A DNA stretch of 64,000 nt from Octopus vulgaris (Eukaryota): assembly GCA_951406725.2 (NCBI GenBank), contig OX597821.1, forward strand, positions 66,464,001 to 66,528,000, in the 5' to 3' direction. The notes beneath the pieces were generated by a model that was given only the letters and a program-made list of their open reading frames with translations, had not been told where the DNA came from and ran no database searches. This document shows positions 56,255 through 64,000 of this stretch, piece after piece. The position numbers were made by a program, and so were the translations under genes. Within the stretch, counting starts at the first letter, position 1. Each line of letters opens with the position of its first letter.

Positions 56255-57512
56255 ACAGCTGAGTAAAGAAAATTTGGACCTCAGAACACTCTGCATTCAA
56301 TAAAACAGTTGCTAACAATGTGCTTGCAGAGCCAGAACTCATACCAACATGTGGAGTGCTTGATTGCACGCTTGATGAGATCTGAGCCATTGATGTGAAA
56401 ACCGGAAAAATATTAACAAGCACACATAATTTCCACATAAACAGTGAAGTAGACCGCCTCTACCTAAGACGAAAACAAGGCGGCAGGGGCTTAATATCGA
56501 TCCAAAATGCCTTTGAATGACGCATCATATCCCTCCGGCAACATCTTTTAACCACCAAGTTTCGAAGTGCATCCCTTTACTAAGCTTGCATACTTGAGGC
56601 TGATAACATCATAAGACTTGAACAACACTGTCTAATAACCTAGAATACATGCCCAAAGTCGCACAACTCTATCGCAACATATCATCAGATGAAAGGATGA
56701 GCCCATGTGAGCAGAAGACTATGCATGGATATATTTGAAGAAAGCTCCGTGATGATAGTAACATTGATCATCAAAGCAGTTTATCATGGACCAATAGCCG
56801 GATTACTACCTCCCACTTTGAAAAGTATGCGTTTGCGATCCAGGAACAGGAAATATCAACCATGTACTTGATGCACAAAAGGGATAGAGATTCAGGAAAA
56901 GCTGTAAAATGTGACAACCAATGCAGACTTTGTAGTGTTCACACTGAAGATATCACCCTCATCATAAGCAGTTGTCCGAAATGTCAACACGGTATTGTCT
57001 ACCAATGAGACATGATGTTGCAGCTAGAACACTCTATAATGAAATCCGTCGCAGGGATAATCCCGAGGACAAAGAAATAAGAACCCACAATATGGTAGAA
57101 GCCATAACCACTCAACAAAAAGGAATACTGGTGGGATGTACCAGTGAAGACCTCAATAAAATGTAAGCGCAACAGACCTGATATAATTATTTGGGATAGA
57201 GAAGAGAAACTGCGTACAGTTGTGGAAATTAGCTGCCCAGCAAATGTTAACATGAAGCTGAAGTTCAGTTAAAAACAGAATACTTACGTTGAACTATTGA
57301 GAAATCTGAAGTTACTCTATCCCGATTACAAGTTCAGATTTATACCAGTAATTATTGGGGCCCTGGGATATGTAACACACTGCCTAAATACCAATCTTGA
57401 GAAATTAAGCTTCTCAAAACCAGAAAGGAGAAAGCTAATTCGAAGATTAAAGATCCAATTGATCACTGGAAATGTAAATATTTGTAAAACTTTCCAGAAG
57501 TTTATCATTTAG
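56255..57512 (+). mobile_element. R4/Dong-like non-LTR retrotransposon 3' fragment (decayed)
   Basis: LSAFNKTVANN, FHINSEVDRLYLRRKQGGRGLISI, MHGY, FAIQEQEIST, CRLCSVHTEDI..IISSCP, RHDVAART, RPDIIIWDRE..VEISCP and FIPVIIGALG..FQKFII*. Confidence 0.85.
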
Positions 57513-57782
57513 ATATATGTACGTTTTAATTTCCACCATGATCGATTTTGCCTTTTCATCCTTTCGAGGTCGATAAAATAAGTACCACTTGAATACTCTG
57601 GTCGATGTAACCGATTTGCTCCTCATCTTAAAATTGCGGCTCTTGGGCCAAATTAAAAAGAATCTTTTGGTTCACTACACTTCTTGTTGACTAAATCTGA
57701 AAGATTCTGGCGTTACTATCGATCTACTGTCTATTTGAGCCTTATTTTAAACTTTGATAAGTGTTTAATAGGCGATTTAATA

Positions 57783-58197
57783 GGCGTAGGAGTGGCTGTG
57801 TGGTAAGTAGCTTGCTTACGATCCACATGGTTCCAGGTTCAGTCCCACTGCGTGGCACCTTGGGCAAGTGTCTTCTACTATAGCCTTGTCAGTGGATTTG
57901 GTAGACAGAAACTGAAAGAAGCTTGTCGTATATATGCATATATATATATATGTATGTATGTACATATGTTTGTGTGTCTGTGTTTGTCGCCCCCCCCACC
58001 ACAACATCGCTTGACAACCGATGCTGGTGTGTTTATGTCCCCGTAACTTAGCGGTTCGACAAAAGTGACCGATAGAATAAGTACTAGGCTTCCAAAGAAT
58101 AAGTCTTGGGGTCAATTTGCTCGACTAAAGGCGATGCTCCAGCATGGCCACAATCACATGACTGAAACAAGCGAAAGAGTATAAAGAGTAAAGAGTA
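57783..58197 (+). mobile_element. SINE family A, full length
   Basis: GGCGTAGGAGTGGCTGTGTGG head to (AAAGAGTA) tail. Confidence 0.9.
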
Positions 58198-59485
58198 TCT
58201 CTGCCTCCCTCTCTCTTAGCCTTTTTCACTCCTTTCTGCCACTTTTTTCCTTCTTTTTAGTCTTCCACTTTCCCTTTTTTTCATTCTTCCTTTTCGTTCT
58301 CTTCCTGACTGTCTCATCGTCTATTTTTCTTCTACCCTATTACTGATGTGGTAAGAGAGAGAAATGATGCGTTGCACTAAGGTGTAGGATACATTCTATA
58401 GCCACTTAACAATAAACCGTGATTCCATTGAACCGAACGAGTGGGAGGCGGGGGGGGGGGGGTCGGAGGGAGGGGACTCTAAATGATCGCCTGATAGCAA
58501 CAAAAAATCTCTCTACACTTAGAGCGTCTTACAAATTGGAAGAAACACTAAATAATATATTCCTAGGTATTTTATGCCTGAAAAAACAAAAAACAAAAAA
58601 AAACAAAAACAAAAAGGAAAAGACAAGAAAATAATGAGCAGGGCGGGATAGTAAATACTGAAATTCCTTTGAACAAAGTTCTGTTCTTTCAGGGAGGGTC
58701 TGGAGAGTAACCAATAATAACAGGCATCTTTAGTATAATAACGACTTCACTCTAATATTTCCTCTATTTTCTGCTACAATATTTACATTATTTAGTTCTA
58801 TTACAATATTTACATTAACTTATATCTCACCCGGTATTTCTACTGTCGCTAGCTGTTCATTATGAAGATGGCGGCGGAGGAAAAGGAGGAGGAGGTGGGT
58901 GCGGTAGTGGTAACGGTGGTGGCAAGACAGGCGAGTCTTTGATTACATTCCTCAGCTTCTCCCCGCTTATCTTTATTTATTTTTTAAGATTTTGTTTGTA
59001 TTTTACTTCTGGTATTTCTTCTTCAAAGATGAAAGAAGATAATTATCATAAAATACTTACGCATAGCTCAGATTAATGGCGATAATTTTACTCTATTGCT
59101 AGTGAAATGAAAATATTTTCAAGTATTCACGAAAGATGCAAATAATAAACTTGGTATTTTCATTATCAAGTACTCGAATCGATGTAATCGACTGCAAAGA
59201 CTAAGCACCCACCCATACATCACCAAAAATATGTATGGCTCTGTGCCAAACTGTGAACTCATATTTAAATCTTTTATGCTAAATGGCTTTTAAGAAAGAC
59301 GCAAGTCTTTGCTCAGGCATTAAAAAATTTGCATGTAAAATTGGAGTTTAGTAAATCTTCGGCAAATATTTCCATATCAAGAACTAAAAAAATAAATATA
59401 ACAACCCTCTATTTATATATTTACTGATTCACAGATTTACCAGTTACCTTATGAGCAATTAGCACCTAATATTAGCGAATATAAA

Positions 59486-59645
59486 GGCGGCGATCTAGCA
59501 GAATCGGTATCACGCCAAACAAATTGCTTAGCGGTATTTCGTCCATCTTTTCGCTCTAAGTTCAAATTCCGCTGAGGTTGACTTCACCTTTTATCCTTTA
59601 GGGCGTCAATGAAATAAGTAGCAATCAATGTAATCAATTCACCCT
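59486..59645 (+). mobile_element. SINE family B copy
   Basis: GGCGGCGATCTAGCAGAATCG..AGTTCAAATTCCGCTGAGGTTGAC. Confidence 0.75.
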
Positions 59646-59711
59646 CTATAACAACCCTTTATTTAGTTACTAGCAGTATCGCCCGGCGTTGCTCGGGTTT
59701 GTAAGAGAAGA

Positions 59712-62190
59712 TCTCTTTCGGCACCCTCTTTGATCTTTTTCGGCATACTCTTTGATCTCTGTCGACACCCCCTTTGATATCTGTCGACACCCCTTTTTGA
59801 TCTCTGTCGGCACCCCCTTTGATCTCTGTCGGCACCCCTCTTTGATCTCTGTCGGCACCCTCTTTGATCTCTGTCGGCACCCCTCTTTGATCTCTGTCGG
59901 CACTGCCTTTGATCTCTGTCGGCACCCTCTTTGATCTCTGTCGGCACCCCTCTTTGATCTCTGTCGGCACCCCTCTTTGATCTCTGTCGGCACCCTCTTT
60001 GATCTCTGTCGGCATCCCCTTTGATCTCTGTCGGCACCCCCTTTGATCTCTGTCGGCACCCCCTTTGATCTCTGTCGGCACTCCCTTTGATCTCTGTACA
60101 TCCCTCTTTGATCTCTGTCGGCACCCCTCTTTGATCTCTGTCGGCACCCCTCTTTGATCTCTGTCGGCACCCCTCTTTGATCTCTGTCGGCACCCCTCTT
60201 TGATCTCTGTCGGCACCCCTCTTTGATCTCTGTCGGCATCCCTCTTTGATCTCTGTCGGCACCCCTTTGATCTCTGTCGGCACCCCTTTGATCTCTGTCG
60301 GCACCCCCTTTGATCTCTGTACACCCCTTTGATCTCTGTCGGCACCCTCTTTGATCTCTGTCGGCACCCCTCTTTGATCTCTGTCGGCACCCCTCTTTGA
60401 TCTCTGTCGGCACCCCTCTTTGATCTCTGTCGGCACCCCTCTTTGATCTCTGTCGGCACCCTCTTTGATCTCTGTCGGCACCCCTCTTTGATCTCTGTCG
60501 GCACCCTCTTTGATCTCTGTCGGCACCCCTCTTTGATCTCTGTCGGCACCCTCTTTGATCTCTGTCGGCACCCTCTTTGATCTCTGTCGGCACCCCTCTT
60601 TGATCTCTGTCGGCACCCCTCTTTGATCTCTGTCGGCACCCCCTTTGATCTCTGTCGGCACCCTCTTTGATCTCTGTCGGCACCCCTCTTTGATCTCTGT
60701 CGGCACCCCTCTTTGATCTCTGTCGGCACCCTCTTTGATCTCTGTCGGCACCCCTTTGATCTCTGTCGGCACCCTTTTTGATCTCTGGCGGCACCCCTTT
60801 ATCTCTGTCGGCACCCCTTTGATCTCTGTCGGCACCCCTTTGATCCTTGTCGGCACCCTTCTTTGATCTCTATCGGCACCCCTCTTTGATCTCTGTCGGC
60901 ACCCCTCTTTGATCTCTGTCGGCACCCCCTCTTTGATCTCTGTCGGCACTCCCTTTGATCTCTGTCGGCATCCCTCTTTGATCTCTGTCGGCACCCTCTT
61001 TGATCTCTGTCGGCACCCTCTTTGATCTCTGTCGGCACCCTCTTTGATCTCTGTCGGCACCCCTCTTTGATCTCTGTCGGCACCCCTCTTTGATTGCTGT
61101 CGGCACCCCTCTTTGATCTCTGTCGGCATCCCTCTTTGATCTCTGTCGGCACCCCCTTTGATCTCTGTCGGCACCCCCTTTGATCTCTGTCGGCACTCCC
61201 TTTGATCTCTGTGCATCCCTCTTTGATCTCTGTCGGCACCCCCTTTGATCTCTGTCGGTACCCTCTTTGATCTCTGTCGGCACCCTCTTTGATCTCTGTC
61301 GGCACCCCTCTTTGATCTCTGTCGGCACCCCTTTGATCTCTGTCGGCACCCCTTTGATCTCTGTCGGCACCCCTCTTTGATCTCTGTCGGCACCCTCTTT
61401 GATCTCTGTCGGTAGCCCTCTTTGATCTCTGTCGGCACCCCTCTTTGATCTCTGTCGGCACTCCCTTTGATCTCTGTGCATCCCTCTTTGATCTCTGTCG
61501 GCACCCCTCTTTGATCTCTGTCGGCACCCCTTTGATCTCTGTCGGCACCTCTCTTCGATCTCTGTCGGCACCCCTCTTTGATCTCTGTCGGCACCCTCTT
61601 TGATCTCTGTCGGCACCCCTCTTTGATCTCTGTCGGCACCCCTCTTTGATCTCTGTCGGCACCCTCTTTGATCTCTGTCGGCACCCTCTTTGATCTCTGT
61701 CGGCACCCCTCTTTGATCTCTGTCGGCACCCTCTTTGATCTCTGTCGGCACCCCCTTTGATCTCTGTCGGCACCCTCTTTGATCTCTGTCGGCACCCCTC
61801 TTTGATCTCTGTCGGCACCCCTCTTTGATCTCTGTCGGCACCTCTTTGATCTCTGTCGGCACCCCTTTGATCTCTGTCGGCACCCCTCTTTGATCTCTGT
61901 CGGCACCCCTCTTTGATCTCTGTCGGCACCCCTCTTTGATCTCTGTCGGCACCCCTCTTTGATCTCTGTCGGCACCCCTCTTTGATCTCTGTCGGTACCC
62001 CTCTTTGATCTCTGTCGGTACCCCTTTGATCTCTGTACACCCCCTTTGATATCTGTCGGCACCCTCTTTGATCTCTGTCGGCACCCCCTTCGATCTCTGT
62101 CGACACCTTCTTTGATCTCTATCGGAACCCCTCTTTGATCTCTGTCGGTACCCCTCTTTGATCTCTGTCGGCACCCCTCTTTGATCTCTG
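59712..62190. repeat. Minisatellite array, unit CACCCCTCTTTGATCTCTGTCGG (21-24 bp variants), roughly 110 copies
   Basis: Direct observation. The copy number is estimated from ~2480 bp divided by a ~22-23 bp unit. Confidence 0.97.
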
Positions 62191-62353
62191 AGGCCTTGAA
62201 TGGTGCAAAGCAATCTTGTTATCAGATCTGACGTTCATCAAAACATATATTAATGAAATATTATAACCTAAGCAATGGGATACATTACCGTAAATACATT
62301 TATTTATGCACATACACACACTGCGAAATTGGGAGAGAATATATATATATAAT

Positions 62354-62750
62354 GGCGCAGGAGTGGCTGTGTGGTAAGTAGCTTGCTAACCAACCACATG
62401 GTTCCGGGTTCAGTCCCACTGCGTGACATCTTGGGCAAGTGTCTTCTACAATAGCCCCGGGCCGACCAATGACTTGTGAGTGGATTTGGTAGACGGAAAT
62501 TGAAAGAAGCCTGTCGTATATATGTATGTGTATATATGTATATGTGTGTGTTTGTGTGTCTGTGTTTGTTCCCCTAGCATTGCTTGACAACCGATGCTGG
62601 TGTGGTTACGTCCCCGTTACTTAGCGGTTCGGCAAAAGAGACCGATAGAATAAGTACTGGGCTTACAAAGAATAAGTCCTGGGGTCGATTTGCTCGACTA
62701 AAGGCGGTGCTCCAGCATGGCCGCAGTCAAATGACTGAAACAAGAAGAAG
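62354..62750 (+). mobile_element. SINE family A, full length
   Basis: GGCGCAGGAGTGGCTGTGTGG head; the body is near-identical to the other copies. Confidence 0.9.
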
Positions 62751-63100
62751 AATGTAAGCATTTTCAGAGAGTTATAGCCAAAAATAGCAAAAAAATGCAT
62801 TAAAATTGGAAAAAAAATTATCGTAAATTTTTTTTTAAATCGTTGACTCATCGTAGACATTTTTAGAGAGTTACTTCCCTTATATAATAGCGAAAAAAAT
62901 GCATTAAAATGGAAAAACATGTTGGTAATTTTTTTTAAAATCGTAGACTCATCGTAGACGCGCGGTAATACCCGGAAGGGCTCGATATGAATCACGACTA
63001 TAAGATACCCGCTTTTGGTTACACTGCACCGGAAAATGTGGGAGTAGTTAGGAATCTAAATCGTAGGAGACAGACACACAACTTCACTTTTATATATAAA

Positions 63101-63479
63101 CTAGCAGTATCGCCCGGCGTTGCTCAGGTTTGTAAGGGAAATAACTATAAAGCATTTTTAGAGAGTTATAGCCAAAAATAACAAAAAAATGGAAAAAAAT
63201 GATGGTAAATTTTTTTTAGTTAAAAAAGGTGGAGTTGCGTCCCCTAGACAGTTTGCGGTTTGTGTTTCTGATTCTCGACCCCATGTCGAATTTATTGATT
63301 TTTTCAGAACTGGGGGAACTTTTCAAAATTTTCGCTGCGTTAGTTTTGAATTATGACATTGAGCTATGTGTGTGTCAAGTTTCATCAGAATCGGTTGAAA
63401 GCCGTGGTCAGGGTGAGGGTACAAGCAAACAGACACACAGAAACACGCACAGACAAACTGCCGTTTATATAGAGAGAGA
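63101..63479 (-). mobile_element. Complete short non-autonomous Helitron
   Basis: Minus strand begins A|TCTCTCTCTATATAAAC (TC start at 63479) and ends CCTGAGCAACGCCGGGCGATACTGCTAG|T at 63101, the same terminus as at 13280 and 59670. Confidence 0.8.
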
Positions 63480-63538
63480 TCAACAGATTTATCAGTTCCC
63501 TTATGAACAACCAGCACTTAATTTTTGGCTCACACAAA

Positions 63539-64000
63539 GGCGGTTAGCTGGCGGAAACGTTAGCACGCTAGGCGAGATACGTAGCAGTATTTCGTCTGCC
63601 GTTACGTTCTGAGTTCAAATTCCGCCGAGGTCGACTTTGCCGTTCATCCTTTCGGGGTCGATTAAATAAGTACTAGTTACGCACTGGGTTCGATGCAATC
63701 GACTTAATCCGCTTGTTTGTCCTTGTTTGTCCCCTCTGTGTTTAGCCCCTTGTGGGTAGTAAAGAAATAGGTATTTCGTCTGCCGCTACGTTCTGAGTTC
63801 AAATGCCGCCGAGGTCGACTTTGCCGTTCATCCTTTCGGGGTCGATTAAATAAGTACCAGTTACATATTGGAGTCAATATAATCGACTTAATCCGTTTGT
63901 CTGTCCTTGTTTTTCCTCTCTGTGTTTAGCCCCTTGTAGGTAGTACAGAAATAGAAATAGTTATTCTGTTTGTATTTACGCTCTGAGTTCAAATTCCACC
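63539..64000 (+). mobile_element. SINE family B with tandemly repeated body (runs off the window)
   Basis: One head at 63539. The body ATTTCGTCTGCCG..GAGTTCAAAT..GGTAGTA.AGAAATAG repeats with a ~185 bp period, and a third unit starts at ~63975. Confidence 0.85.

Larger units (their letters stand above)
59670..63100 (-). mobile_element. Non-autonomous Helitron containing a minisatellite array and a SINE
   Basis: 3' terminus on the minus strand is CCCGAGCAACGCCGGGCGATACTGCTAG|T (CTAG at 59670-59673). The body resumes at ~62331 and 62751 (AAGCATTTTCAGAGAGTTATAGCC, homologous to 63150-63175). The 5' end ...CACTTTTATATATAAA is at 63100. Confidence 0.75.

Noticed and set aside
58863-58900. AAGATGGCGGCG start-like/YY1-like motif followed by a possible donor GAG|GTGGGT
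   Set aside because: It gives only ~9 codons in a GGA/GGT-rich low-complexity patch, with no supporting exons.
59712-62190. CRISPR-like regular repeat
   Set aside because: Units are contiguous with no unique spacers, no cas genes are present, and the context is eukaryotic.
59659-62213. Long ORFs (356-799 aa) in all three minus frames
   Set aside because: They are translations of a stop-free minisatellite. Unit lengths of 21-24 bp shift frame constantly, so no reading frame is preserved.

Overview
This is AT-rich eukaryotic (metazoan) non-coding DNA, intronic or intergenic. The mix of microsatellites and SINEs looks like an Octopus-type cephalopod genome, which is my inference. I see no supportable host protein-coding gene, RNA gene or CRISPR array, and almost all ORFs in the supplied track are microsatellite or satellite artefacts. 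The window is a mosaic of simple repeats, at least three tRNA-headed SINE families, decayed Tc1/mariner, hAT-MITE and Helitron elements, and CR1, RTE and R4/Dong LINE fragments. Three things stand out. (1) Short modules embedded in (TA)n tracts carry hammerhead-ribozyme motifs and long inverted (fold-back) repeats; one retains the C-terminus of a Penelope-type GIY-YIG endonuclease. Together they look like a microsatellite-dwelling Penelope-like/retrozyme system. (2) Two retroposons encode only a gag/zinc-knuckle ORF1; one is inserted with a 15-bp target-site duplication (TSD) into a SINE tRNA head. (3) A ~2.5 kb array of a 21-24 bp minisatellite sits inside a non-autonomous Helitron, which abuts a second Helitron head-to-tail. 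Coordinates were read by eye, and element ends are approximate unless a TSD or terminus is quoted.
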